A DNA stretch of 64,000 nucleotides from Eubacteriales bacterium (GTDB lineage: Bacteria > Bacillota > Clostridia > Lachnospirales > Lachnospiraceae), in NCBI GenBank assembly GCA_030524225.1, contig JAUNGV010000001.1, positions 25,916 to 89,915 of the forward strand. Direction: 5' to 3'. The position numbers and the translations under genes were made by a program. The notes below the pieces were generated by a model, which had not been told where the DNA came from, made no database searches, and worked only from the letters and a program-made list of their open reading frames with translations. Below, one piece after another: positions 21,770 through 32,600 of this stretch (its first letter is position 1; every line of letters starts with the position of its first letter).

Positions 21770-22831
21770 TCACTTTCTTAGGGTGCGTCGTTTTAACAGA
21801 ACCCGGATATCGGGCCCGGATAGCTTACACAGTTCATACTGACTCATGATGCGGGAAAAAACACGCTCGGAATAATTCCGTTTCAGCTCCTCCAGAGAGA
21901 GATTGGTGGAGATGATCGTCGATTTGCGGTTCAGGGCCCGCTCGTTCAGGCAGGCAAAAAGCTCGGAGTTGACGAAGGCGTTCGTCAGTTCCGTCCCCAG
22001 ATCGTCGATGATGAGCAGGTCGCAGCCGTAGAGATCCTGATACAGATCCCGCTGCTGCTGTCTCGCCCGGTAATCGAAGGAGCAGGCGGAGATGCGCTCG
22101 AACAGGGAGGAGGCGCTGAAATAGAGCACCGCGTAGCCCTTCTCGATCAGCTCGTGGGCGATACAGACGGAGAGAAAGGATTTGCCGGTGCCGACCGTCC
22201 CGTAGAAGTAAATATTTTTATAGCGGGAGGGGAAATTGGCCACAAAATCCCGGCAGATCATGAGTGTGCGCTGAAAACGCTTCAGATCGTCGCCATGGTA
22301 GAATTCGTCGGAGAGCGTCGCGAAGTTGTTCGTGCGGGCCAGCTCCTGAATTCCCGACTGATTATAGAGCAGGGTGATCTCCTGGGCGCGGAAGCAGTGG
22401 CATTTCTCATTGCCGATAAAGCCGGTGTCCCGGCAGTCGGGACAGGTAAAGGGCACTTCCAGATAGTCGGCGGGAAACCCGTGGGAGGAGAGCAGGGCGC
22501 TCTTTCTGGCTGCGACCTCACTGATCTGTTTCTGCAGCGGAGCAGCTGGAACAGCAGACCCGGAAGCAGCGCTCTGCTTTGGCGTCATAAGAGCCGGGGG
22601 CGTGTCTCCATGCTTTGGCGAAGCCGTGCATGGAGATACGCCGTCCTCCCCTAAAAGGCGCGCGCGAAGAAGCCGCATCCCCTCCGAAGGAACCTCGCTT
22701 TCCAGCGCGCGGTATTCGGGGATGCGGGCATACACCTCGCTCCTGCGGCGATCCAGTTCACGCCGTCGGCGATTCTGTGTGTTTGCATACCGAAGCATAA
22801 TGCTGTCGTACTGTTCTTTGCTGAGCGCCAA
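21770..22831 (-). CDS. DnaC/DnaI-like AAA+ helicase loader with Zn-ribbon
   Basis: CPDCRDTG...CHC, Walker A GTVGTGKS, Walker B LLIIDDLGTE, IISTNLS, RVFSRI. Confidence 0.88.
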   Translation of the reverse strand: MALSKEQYDSIMLRYANTQNRRRRELDRRRSEVYARIPEYRALESEVPSEGMRLLRARLLGEDGVSPCTASPKHGDTPPALMTPKQSAASGSAVPAAPLQKQISEVAARKSALLSSHGFPADYLEVPFTCPDCRDTGFIGNEKCHCFRAQEITLLYNQSGIQELARTNNFATLSDEFYHGDDLKRFQRTLMICRDFVANFPSRYKNIYFYGTVGTGKSFLSVCIAHELIEKGYAVLYFSASSLFERISACSFDYRARQQQRDLYQDLYGCDLLIIDDLGTELTNAFVNSELFACLNERALNRKSTIISTNLSLEELKRNYSERVFSRIMSQYELCKLSGPDIRVLLKRRTLRK

Positions 22832-22947
22832 TCCTGTGTACTCCCATTCTGCGGAATTCTGCCGCTCCGGTCTCTGCCGGAATCTTCTGTCCGCCGCGGC
22901 CGTTTACTCCGCCGCAGGCGGTCAGGACAGATCCCTGCCGCGCCGGT

Positions 22948-23856
22948 TTAATTGCTCAGAAGTTCTCTCTCGAGTTCGTCGAAGTCGTAGCTGTTCTGTT
23001 CAAACTGATTGAACTTGTTGCTTCTGGGCGCTCTTGCACGGCCGGAGCGGACAGGCGTCTGCCGCAGTACGCTCTGACGGCTTTCAGCCTGCTGCGGCGT
23101 TGTGATGCCGTTCTCGGCCCAGTTGGCCGCTACTCTGGTAATATAGCGGAAATCCTTTTTGCCGCGGTCGATGCAGTACTGCACGAGATAATCGATCAGA
23201 TCATCGCTGAAGTGCAGATCGGCGGACATATGGTAAATTGCCCTGAGCTCCGCCACGGAGAGCGGCTTTCCGACATACTGTTCGATGATAAAGAGAAGCT
23301 GTGCACGGCCGGCGTCCGAGCGGAAAGCCGCCAGTGCCCTCTCCTCCTCGCCCGCCGCTGTGCGGGTGAGGGGACGAGCCGCTGCTGCTCTCGGCGCAGC
23401 GGCCCGCTGGACATATCCTCCCGTGGAGACGCTCTCCGCCGTCTCCCTTCTGGCCGCGGCGCTGCGCACCAAAGTGGGGCGCAGCGGCTCCGGCGCTGCA
23501 CTCTGGGTCTCCATCGGCGTGATGGAGAGAGCGCAGTCATCCGCAGCGTCCTGCGATCCGGTATGCAGCTCACACAGATGAATCCCGCACAGGGAATTGT
23601 CTGCGGCGTAATCGAGAGAGAGAAGACCCTGCTTCTCCCAGTATTTGAGGGAACGCAGCACTTCTTTCTCCGTGTGGTTGAACTGATCCGCCATTTCAGA
23701 GATCGTCGTCGCGAGATTCGCCCGCATCATGCGCGCCAGATAGAGATAGATCTTGATCTGCGCATCGTTGGCTCCGCTCATATATTCGTCGATGAAAAGA
23801 TTGGATATCGCCGTCGTATCCGCATTGCTGTTCTGATATACCGTAAACGTCCCCAT
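22948..23856 (-). CDS. DnaD-domain replication protein
   Basis: ISNLFIDEYM...AQIKIYLYL winged-helix N-terminus; YITRVAANWAENGITT DnaD/DnaB_2 motif; start MGTFTVY. Confidence 0.88.
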   Translation of the reverse strand: MGTFTVYQNSNADTTAISNLFIDEYMSGANDAQIKIYLYLARMMRANLATTISEMADQFNHTEKEVLRSLKYWEKQGLLSLDYAADNSLCGIHLCELHTGSQDAADDCALSITPMETQSAAPEPLRPTLVRSAAARRETAESVSTGGYVQRAAAPRAAAARPLTRTAAGEEERALAAFRSDAGRAQLLFIIEQYVGKPLSVAELRAIYHMSADLHFSDDLIDYLVQYCIDRGKKDFRYITRVAANWAENGITTPQQAESRQSVLRQTPVRSGRARAPRSNKFNQFEQNSYDFDELERELLSN

Positions 23857-23992
23857 ACCTCTGCCCCCGTTTGTTTCGATGACTTTTCGCATTCCGCAGT
23901 CCGAATTATAGCACAGCGGACAGGGGAGCGAAATAGACAAAATGTCCAGAAAAATCAGGGTGATTTCACTGCGGCGGGAAATCACAATCGCC

Positions 23993-24108
23993 TGTGGATG
24001 ATGTGGATAACGTGGACGAAACGCGGCGGGGCAGAAAACTGCGCTCTCCGCTCTGTGGACAGTTATCCACGCACTCCCCGGTGGGGATATGGGGGACAAT
24101 GTGGATAA
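23993..24108. promoter_or_regulatory. DnaA-box cluster
   Basis: Perfect TGTGGATAA at 24002 and 24100; one-mismatch boxes at 23993 (TGTGGATGA) and 24063 (TTATCCACG); two-mismatch boxes at 24054 and 24082. Confidence 0.8.
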
Positions 24109-24123
24109 GAAGCGGCCCGGCGG

Positions 24124-25515
24124 TCAGGAAAGCAGATCCTCCGCGATCTGGTTTACGTTTCCGGCGCCCATGGTTATCAACAGGTCTCCCTTGGTGCAAT
24201 TTGACGAGAGGTATTCCTCGATTTTTGAAAAAGAATCAAAATAGCGGCAGGAACCGCCGAGAGCGAGAATCTCATCCCGCAGGGTTTCGGAGCTGATGCC
24301 GAGGGTGTCCGTCTCTCTGGCCGCGTAGATATCGGCGAGCACGACCTCATCGGCGAGCCGGAGCGCGTCGGCGAATTCCGGCAGGAGGGACTTGGTGCGC
24401 GTATAGGTGTGGGGCTGGAACACGCACCAGAGTCTGCCGTGGGGATAGTTGCGCGCGGCGAGCAGCGTCGCCCGGATCTCCGTCGGATGATGGGCGTAGT
24501 CGTCGATGATCGTCACGCCGTCCTTCGTCCCCTTGTATTCAAAGCGTCTGTCCGTGCCGGAAAACCCGGCGAGGGCCGGGACGGAAGCGGAGCGGGGAAT
24601 CTCCATCAGATCGGCGGCGGCGATGGCGGCGATGGCGTTATAGAGATTGTGCTCCCCCGGAACGCGCAGGACGATGCGCCCGCTCTGGTCCTTCCCGTCC
24701 CCGGAAGCGGGGCTGTGCAGCAGGAAGGAGGCGTGGGCGTGGTCGTCGTAGGTGATGTCCTCCGGATAGTAGTCGCAGCCGCTGCCGGAACCGTAGGAAA
24801 TGACGCGGCAGGCCAGATCTCTTGTGATTTCCGCGACGTCCGGAATATCCCCGTTGATAATCAGGGCGCCGTCTGCGGGAATCAGTTCGGCGAATTTGCG
24901 GAACGAGCGGCGGATGTCCTCCAGATCCTTGAAGAAATCAAGGTGATCGGCGTCGATGTTGAGGATGATGCCGATTTTCGGGAAGAAGCTCAGGAAACTG
25001 TTCGTGTACTCGCAGGCCTCTGTCAGGAAATAGCCGGAGTGGCCGACGCGCACGTTGCCGCCGATGCTCTTGAGCATCCCGCCGATGGAGAGGGTGGGAT
25101 CCGTCTGTCCGGCGAGAAGAATCTCGGAGAGCATGGAGGTCGTCGTCGTCTTGCCGTGGGTGCCGCTGACTGCCACCGGCAGCTCGTAATTGCGCATGAT
25201 CTCTCCGAGCAGCTGCGCCCTCGTGAGCATCGGAATACCGAGGCGGGAGACGGCGATGTACTCGGGATTATCGGGGTGAATCGCGCTGGTAAAGACGGCC
25301 AGGTCGATGTCCGGCGTGATGTTCTCCTCGCGCTGGCCGTAGTAAACCGTTACGCCCTGCTCCGTGAGCTTTTTCGTGACGGGGGATTCCTGTCGGTCAG
25401 AGCCGGAGACGGTAAAGCCGCGGCTCAGGAGGATCTCCGCAAGACCGCTCATCGAGATGCCGCCGATTCCGACGAAGTAGACGTGTATGGGTTTTGTAAA
25501 ATCAATCTGATACAT
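24124..25515 (-). CDS. murC: UDP-N-acetylmuramate--L-alanine ligase
   Basis: FVGIGGISMSGLA, GTHGKTTTT, EACEY, DADHLD, DDYAHHPTE, FQPHTYTRT, MGAG. Confidence 0.96.
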   Translation of the reverse strand: MYQIDFTKPIHVYFVGIGGISMSGLAEILLSRGFTVSGSDRQESPVTKKLTEQGVTVYYGQREENITPDIDLAVFTSAIHPDNPEYIAVSRLGIPMLTRAQLLGEIMRNYELPVAVSGTHGKTTTTSMLSEILLAGQTDPTLSIGGMLKSIGGNVRVGHSGYFLTEACEYTNSFLSFFPKIGIILNIDADHLDFFKDLEDIRRSFRKFAELIPADGALIINGDIPDVAEITRDLACRVISYGSGSGCDYYPEDITYDDHAHASFLLHSPASGDGKDQSGRIVLRVPGEHNLYNAIAAIAAADLMEIPRSASVPALAGFSGTDRRFEYKGTKDGVTIIDDYAHHPTEIRATLLAARNYPHGRLWCVFQPHTYTRTKSLLPEFADALRLADEVVLADIYAARETDTLGISSETLRDEILALGGSCRYFDSFSKIEEYLSSNCTKGDLLITMGAGNVNQIAEDLLS

Positions 25516-25650
25516 GATAATCTCCATTCCGGGGCGCTCCCTGCGGCGGGGCGGCGCAAATTTTAAATTTGCGTCTGCCATCCCCGGGCTTTGCGGCGCT
25601 CCGGCACAAAGCCCGATGTGGATCATAAGCCGTCTGGCTTATGGTTCACA
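25513..25650 (-). repeat. Structured dispersed element, family A copy 2; occupies the predicted murC 5' UTR
   Basis: Gap-free alignment to 3756-3893 with compensatory stem changes; TATAAT on the minus strand at 25658-25663. Confidence 0.85.
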
Positions 25651-25956
25651 GGATCCTATTATAATAGGAAAAGACAGCATATGACAGATAAGTCGGATAG
25701 TTTGTTTTCCCTGTCTGCCCTGCTTTTACTGTAGTCCAAATCGCCCGTTTCAGCAAGTCCCGGAAGACGGAAAAAGGGGCGGAAATGTATCCGGAATCCT
25801 GTAAAACAGCGCCATTATCCCTCAATTTAAGCCGTTTCTCCGCACAAGTCAACAGTGGATGGCAGTATTGCACAAAAAATGAACGATTGCGAGAATTTAA
25901 TTGTGGAAAAGCAATATAAAAAGTTGCGCAGAAAGGTTCCTTTTAGAGAAACACTG

Positions 25957-25965
25957 TGTTATAAT
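25957..25965 (+). promoter_or_regulatory. Extended -10 element upstream of glgC
   Basis: TGTTATAAT about 80 nt before the start codon. Confidence 0.45.
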
Positions 25966-26047
25966 TTTTGCATAGGCAGGGAAATCTGCACTAATTTACA
26001 TAGATTATAGATTCCGCCTGTAAAAAACTGAGTCTGAGGTGACAACA

Positions 26048-27322
26048 ATGATTAAAAAAGAAATGATCGCCATGCTTCTGGCTGGCGGACAGGGAAGTCG
26101 ACTCGGAATTCTGACGGCCAAGATGGCAAAGCCGGCCGTCTCCTTCGGAGGAAAGTACCGCATCATCGATTTCCCGCTGAGCAACTGCATCAATTCGGGC
26201 GTGGACACGGTAGGCGTGCTCACACAGTATCAGCCGCTGCGACTGAATACGCACATCGGAATCGGGATTCCGTGGGATCTGGACAAGAACGTCGGCGGTG
26301 TGACGATTCTTCCTCCCTATGAGAAGAGCGAGAACAGCGAGTGGTATACCGGAACGGCCAATGCCATTTACCAGAACCTGGACTACATGGAGACGTTCCA
26401 CCCCGACTATGTCCTGATCCTGTCGGGAGACCATATTTATAAGATGGATTACGAGACGATGCTTGACTTCCACAAGGAGAAGGGAGCGGACGTCACGATC
26501 GCGGTTATGCCGGTTCCCATGGAGGAAGCGAAGCGATTCGGAATCATGATCACGGACGACGATCACAAGATTACCGACTTTGAGGAGAAGCCGGAGAATC
26601 CCAGAAGCAATCTTGCGTCGATGGGAATTTACATCTTCTCATGGGAGGCGTTAAAGAGCGCGCTGATTGAGAATGCGACGCAGCCGGGACTCGATTTCGG
26701 CAAGCATGTCATTCCGTACTGCCGCGACAAGGGCAAGCCGCTTTATGCCTATGAGTTCAATGGCTACTGGAAGGACGTAGGAACGCTGACCTCTTACTGG
26801 GAAGCCAACATGGAGCTGATTGATATTGTTCCCGATTTCAACCTCTATGAGGAGTACTGGAAGATTTACACGAGAAATACGGCTCTGCCGCCGCAGTACC
26901 TGGGAACCAACAGTGAGGTGGAACGCTCGATCATCGGCGAGGGCTGTGAGATTTACGGAGCTGTGTATAATTCTGTCATCGGCTGCGGCGTTACGATCGG
27001 CGAGGGAACCGTTATTCGGGATTCGATTATCATGAACAACTGTGTGATCGGCTCGAACTGCGATCTGGAGAAGGTCATTATGGCGGAGGATTCCGTCGTA
27101 GGAAACGGCTGCCGTATCGGAGAAGGCGAGGAGCGGGAGAATGAGACGGCGCCGTCCATTTACCGTGACGGACTCGTTGTGATCGGGGAGAAGAGCAAGG
27201 TGCCGGATCAGATCAGCGCGGGCAAGAACGTACTGATCAGCGGCAATACGGTCGCGGAGGATTATCCGAACGGCCGTCTGGAAAGCGGAAAAAGTCTGGT
27301 GAAGGCAGGTGAAGCGAGATGA
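26048..27322 (+). CDS. glgC: Glucose-1-phosphate adenylyltransferase
   Basis: [55 protein letters not shown]. Confidence 0.97.
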   Translation: MIKKEMIAMLLAGGQGSRLGILTAKMAKPAVSFGGKYRIIDFPLSNCINSGVDTVGVLTQYQPLRLNTHIGIGIPWDLDKNVGGVTILPPYEKSENSEWYTGTANAIYQNLDYMETFHPDYVLILSGDHIYKMDYETMLDFHKEKGADVTIAVMPVPMEEAKRFGIMITDDDHKITDFEEKPENPRSNLASMGIYIFSWEALKSALIENATQPGLDFGKHVIPYCRDKGKPLYAYEFNGYWKDVGTLTSYWEANMELIDIVPDFNLYEEYWKIYTRNTALPPQYLGTNSEVERSIIGEGCEIYGAVYNSVIGCGVTIGEGTVIRDSIIMNNCVIGSNCDLEKVIMAEDSVVGNGCRIGEGEERENETAPSIYRDGLVVIGEKSKVPDQISAGKNVLISGNTVAEDYPNGRLESGKSLVKAGEAR

Positions 27323-28437
27323 GAGCGATTGGAATAATTCTGGCAGGCGGCAACAGCAATCGGATGCGGGAGTTATCCGTCAAGCGCGCGGTGTGCGCTA
27401 TGCCTGTCGCGGGGAGTTACCGCAGCATTGATTTTGCGCTCAGCAATATGGAGCACTCTCACATACAGAAAGTGGCCATTCTGACGCAGTACAATTCGAG
27501 GAGTCTGAACGAGCACCTGAGTTCCTCCAAATGGTGGGACTTCGGGCGGAAACAGGGCGGTATGTTCCTCTTCACACCGGCTCTGACGAGCGAGAGCAAC
27601 AGCTGGTACCGCGGAACGGCGGATGCGATCGCACAGAACATGAAATTCCTCAAGAACTCCCATGAGCCGTATGTGGTGATCGCCTCGGGAGATTGTATCT
27701 ACAAACTCGATTACAACAAGGTTCTGGAGTACCATATCAGCAAGAAAGCGGATATTACCGTCGTCTGTAAGGATATGCCGGCGGACCGTCATCTGGAGCG
27801 CTACGGCGTGCTCAAGATGAATGAGGAGTCCCGGATTGAGGAGTTCGAGGAGAAGCCGATTGTGGCGAAATCCAACACGATCTCCTGCGGCATTTACGTA
27901 TTCCGCCGCCGCCAGCTGATCGAGCTGCTTGAGAAGAGTCAGGAGGAGGGCCGCAACGATCTGGTGCAGGATATCCTGATCCGCTACAAGAATATGAAAC
28001 GGATTTACGGCTACAAGATCAAGGATTACTGGAGTAATATCGCTTCGGTGGAGGATTACTACCGGACGAACATGGACTTCTTAAAGCCGGAGGTGAGGGA
28101 TTACTTCTTCAAGCAGTACCCGGATGTGAACACCAAGGTGCTCGACTTGCCGCCCGCAAAGTACAACGTCGGGGTCACGGTCAAGAACAGTCTCCTTGCC
28201 AGCGGCTGTATTGTGAACGGTACCGTCGAGGATTCCGTTCTGTTCCAGAAGGTCTATGTGGGCAATAACTGTGTGATCAAGAATTCCATTATTCTGAACG
28301 ACGTTTATATCGGAGACAACACATACATTGAGAACTGCATCGTCGAGAGCCGTGATACACTGCAGGCCAACGCATACTATAAGGGGGAGAATGGCATTAA
28401 GGTTGTCATAGAGAAAAACGAGAGATACACCATGTAG
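27319..28437 (+). CDS. glgD: Glucose-1-phosphate adenylyltransferase subunit GlgD
   Basis: Divergent GlgC paralogue overlapping the glgC stop (ATGA); [19 protein letters not shown]. Confidence 0.92.
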   Translation: MRAIGIILAGGNSNRMRELSVKRAVCAMPVAGSYRSIDFALSNMEHSHIQKVAILTQYNSRSLNEHLSSSKWWDFGRKQGGMFLFTPALTSESNSWYRGTADAIAQNMKFLKNSHEPYVVIASGDCIYKLDYNKVLEYHISKKADITVVCKDMPADRHLERYGVLKMNEESRIEEFEEKPIVAKSNTISCGIYVFRRRQLIELLEKSQEEGRNDLVQDILIRYKNMKRIYGYKIKDYWSNIASVEDYYRTNMDFLKPEVRDYFFKQYPDVNTKVLDLPPAKYNVGVTVKNSLLASGCIVNGTVEDSVLFQKVYVGNNCVIKNSIILNDVYIGDNTYIENCIVESRDTLQANAYYKGENGIKVVIEKNERYTM

Positions 28438-28456
28438 AAATGGAGAATGGAATGTT

Positions 28457-28726
28457 ATGCAGATAACAGACGTGAGAGTACGAAAGATTGCCAAAGAAGG
28501 TAAAATGAAAGCAGTCGTTTCGATCACCGTCGACAACGAATTTGTGATTCATGACATCAAGGTCATTGAAGGTGAGAAGGGGCTGTTCATCGCTATGCCA
28601 AGCAAAAAATCGGCAGACGGCGAGTACAGGGACATAGCGCATCCGATTAATGTGGAAACACGAGCGCGGGTAGAGAGTGCCATCCTGGAACGGTATGAGC
28701 AGACTCTCGCTGAGGAAGAGGCATAG
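28457..28726 (+). CDS. spoVG: Septation regulator SpoVG
   Basis: [10 protein letters not shown]...[21 protein letters not shown]...YRDIAHPIN. Confidence 0.97.
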   Translation: MQITDVRVRKIAKEGKMKAVVSITVDNEFVIHDIKVIEGEKGLFIAMPSKKSADGEYRDIAHPINVETRARVESAILERYEQTLAEEEA

Positions 28727-29011
28727 CATAATATTCAGTCATCATAGAGGGGGAGCGGGAAGCCGCTTCCCCTCTCGTGGTGTCAGGGAGACGAATTTGC
28801 AGAGAGAGCTCTGCAGATATGTCCGGGAGCGGGATGCCGCGGCGGAGCAGAAGAGTTTTGCCGCGGCGTCGGTTGCCAAAGCGCGGAAAATATGGCATAA
28901 TCCAAACAGTTTACAGCCGGGAACGCTGCGGTATCCCGCCGGAGAGGCGGACGCTGCGCTTTGTCGGCGATTTATTGCGGTATTTTGGAGCGTATCGGGA
29001 TGGAGAGCAGT

Positions 29012-29596
29012 ATGAATTCTTTCTATATTATTGCGGGGCTCGGGAACCCCGGACAGAAGTACGAGGGGACGAGACATAACATCGGTTTTGCGGTGATCGA
29101 CGAGCTGGCCGACGAGTACGGGATCGGTAATCCCTCGAAATTCGGAAAGTCACTGGCGGCAAAGGGAATGATCGGAGCCAACAAGGTTCTGCTGATGAAA
29201 CCGCTCACCTATATGAACCTGAGCGGAGAGGCAGTGCGGGAAGCCGTTGATTTCTACAAGGCGGATCCGGAGAGCCAGCTGATCGTGATCAGCGACGATA
29301 TTGACCTGCCGCAGGGACAGCTGCGTGTGCGCGGCAAAGGGAGCGCAGGCGGGCACAACGGACTGAAAAACATTATCCAGCATCTCGGGACAGATGCGTT
29401 CTGCCGCGTTCGTGTCGGCGTCGGGGCAAAGCCGGATCCGGATTACGATCTGGCGGATTATGTGCTGGGCCGTTTCAGGGGAAGCGAGCAGAAAATCATG
29501 GAGGAGTCCGTGCAGCGGGCGGCGCAGGCGGTACGCTCTCTGATGGAGGAGGGTGTGGACGCGGCGATGAACCGCTACAATGCCAGAGTAAAGTAA
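29012..29596 (+). CDS. pth: Peptidyl-tRNA hydrolase
   Basis: AGLGNPG...TRHNIGF, KPLTYMNLSG, GSAGGHNGLK. Confidence 0.97.
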   Translation: MNSFYIIAGLGNPGQKYEGTRHNIGFAVIDELADEYGIGNPSKFGKSLAAKGMIGANKVLLMKPLTYMNLSGEAVREAVDFYKADPESQLIVISDDIDLPQGQLRVRGKGSAGGHNGLKNIIQHLGTDAFCRVRVGVGAKPDPDYDLADYVLGRFRGSEQKIMEESVQRAAQAVRSLMEEGVDAAMNRYNARVK

Positions 29597-29676
29597 AGAG
29601 AGTGTGTAGCGGGATGATAACAGCGTGTGCGCAGCAAGATGCGTGCGGCAGAGGGAAGGCAGAAGGAGCGGGAGTT

Positions 29677-32600
29677 ATGAAGCTGCTGACAGCCCCATTG
29701 AGGGAGTCGAAACAATATCAGGCGATTGCGTCGCAGCTGCAGCGGGCAGGCGGCGCGGTCTATGTGGACGGATGTGTGGAGTCGCAGAAGCTCCATCTTG
29801 CGTATGCGCTCTCCGTGGAGGAGGGCGTTTCTTCTCATGCGCGCAGCCGTCTCTTTCTGACATACAGTGATCAGAAGGCCAAGGAACTCTATGAGGATTT
29901 TCTCTTTTATGACAGGAACACGGTGCTGTTCCCGGCCAAGGATCTGATTTTCTATCAGGCGGATCTGCGCGGCAAGGAGATTGAGACGGAGCGGCTCAAA
30001 TGCCTGCGGCGCATTGTCGAGGGGAGACCGGTCACGGTCGTGGCGACGATGGCGGCGCTGATGACGCCGCAGCCGCCGCTGTCCGTGATCAGGGACAACA
30101 TTCTGAAGATTGCAAGGAGAGATCTCGTCAACGAAGCGGAGCTGGCGGACAAGCTCGTCTCCATGGGCTATGAAAAGACGTTTCAGGTGGAAAGGCCGGG
30201 GCAGTTCGCAATCCGCGGTGACATTATGGATGTCTTTGATCTGACGGAGGAGAATCCGTACCGGATCGAGCTGTGGGGAGATGAGGTGGAGTCCCTGCGT
30301 AGTTTTGATATCCTCTCCCAGCGCTCGATTGAACAGCTCTCCGGCGTCTCGATCTATCCGGCGACGGAGATGATTCTGCCCCAGCGCCGTCTGGAGGATG
30401 GCGTCGAGCGAATCCGGAAAGAAGCGGAGCAGACGGAGAGGACGCTGCGCAGGGAAATGCGGACCGAGGAGGCGCATCGCCTGAAAGAGACGGTGGAGGA
30501 AATTCTGGAGCAGGCGCTCTCCTGGAAGGATTACAGTGCGTTGGAGAGCTTTGTGCACTACTTTTATCCGCAGACGGAGAATTTCCTGGATTTCTTTGAT
30601 CCGGAGCGGACGATCCTCTTTCTGGATGAACCGAAGCGGGGGGAGGAGCACGCGAAAGCGGTGGAGCTGGAGTTCCGCGAGAGTATGACGCAGCGGGCTG
30701 AAAAGGGATATATTCTGCCGGGGCAGATGGCCTTTCTACGCTCTGCGGATGCTCTGCGGGCACAGCTGGAGCGCTACAGGAGGGCCGGTCTCTCGGCGCT
30801 GGCGCTGTCGACCTCGCTGATGGAAGGGGCGCAGACTTTCTCGATCGGTGCGGCGGGGACGTCTCCGTACAACAACAGCTTTGATACGCTGCGGTCGGAT
30901 CTGACGAAATACAGGATGGAGGGATACCGGGTGCTGATTCTCTCGGCGTCCCGCACGAGAGCGCGCCGCCTGGCATCGGATCTGAGCGAGGCTGGAATTT
31001 CCTCTTTTTACAGTGAGAATCCCGACCGCATTCTGCAGCCCCGGGAGGTGATGACCCATTACGGGCGGGTGCTGCACGGGTTTGCCTATCCGGCCCTGAA
31101 ATTTATGGTGATCGCCGAGACGGATATTTTCGGATCGGAGAAAAAGAAGAAGAAAAAAAAGAAGAAGGGCAAATACGAAGGGGAGAAAATCCACGATTTT
31201 AATGAATTAAAGATCGGGGATTACGTCGTACACGAGGAACACGGCGTCGGGATTTACCGGGGAATCGAGAAGATCGAGGTGGAGCACATCGCCAAGGACT
31301 ACATCAAGATCGAGTATGGGGCGGGCGGTTCGCTCTATATCCTGCCGACGGAACTGGACGTGCTGCAGAAATACGCTTCGTCGGGCGCAGCCAAGCCCAA
31401 AATCAACAAGCTGGGCACGCAGGAGTGGGCGAACACCCGCAGCAGGGTGCAGAAGGCGGTCGCCGAGGTGGCGGACGATCTCGTGGAGCTCTACGCGAAA
31501 CGGCAGGCCCAGGCGGGCCATCCGTTTACGAAAGATACGGTCTGGCAGCGAGAGTTCGAGGAGATGTTCCCGTATGAGGAGACGGACGATCAGCTGCAGG
31601 CGATCGAGGATACGAAGCGGGACATGGAGAGCACCCGGATTATGGACCGGCTGATCTGCGGAGACGTGGGCTACGGCAAGACGGAGATTGCGGTGCGGGC
31701 CGCGTTCAAGGCGGTGCAGGACGGCATGCAGGTTGCGGTGCTCGTGCCGACGACCATTCTGGCGCAGCAGCATTACAATACCTTTTCAGAGCGGATGCAC
31801 GCTTTTCCGGTCAATGTGGGACTGCTCTCCCGCTTTAAGAGCGCCGCAGAGCAGAAAAAGACTATCCAGGACTTAAAAGCCGGCCGCTGCGACATCGTGG
31901 TGGGGACCCATCGTCTTCTCGGGAAGGATGTCTCATTCAAAAGTCTGGGCCTGCTGATCGTCGATGAGGAACAGAGATTCGGCGTGGCGCACAAGGAAAA
32001 GATCAAGCAGATGAAGGAGGATGTGGATGTCCTGACGCTGACGGCGACGCCGATTCCCCGGACGCTGCACATGAGTCTCGTGGGGATCCGCGACATGAGC
32101 GTGTTGGAGGAGGCGCCGGGAGAGCGGCAGCCGATTCAGACGTACGTGATGGAATACAATGAAGAGATGGTCAGAGAGGCGATTGTGCGGGAGATCTCCC
32201 GGAAGGGGCAGGTGTACTATGTCTATAACCGGGTAAACGACATCGCCGAGGTGTGCGCCCGTCTTCAGGAGATCGTGCCGGAGGCGCGGGTGGAGTTCGC
32301 CCACGGGCAGATGTCGGAGACGGAACTGGAGAAGATCATGTATGAATTCATCGGCGGGGAGATCGATGTGCTCGTCTCCACGACGATTATCGAGACCGGT
32401 CTGGATATTTCCAACGCGAACACCATGATTATCCATGACTCCGACCGAATGGGGCTCTCTCAGCTCTATCAGCTGCGCGGACGCGTCGGGCGGTCGAACC
32501 GGACTTCTTTTGCCTTCCTGATGTATAAGAAGGATAAGATCCTGAAGGAAGTCGCCGAGAAGCGTCTCTCGGCGATCCGGGAATTCACCGAGCTGGGAAG

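Noticed and set aside
23993-24108. Possible oriC
   Set aside because: No dnaA/dnaN nearby and no AT-rich unwinding element; the spacer is short and GC-rich. Kept only as a DnaA-box cluster.
31138-31170. Poly-lysine A-rich run in mfd as a phase-variation tract
   Set aside because: The frame is intact, codons are mixed AAA/AAG, and a basic linker before the RID domain is usual in Firmicute Mfd.
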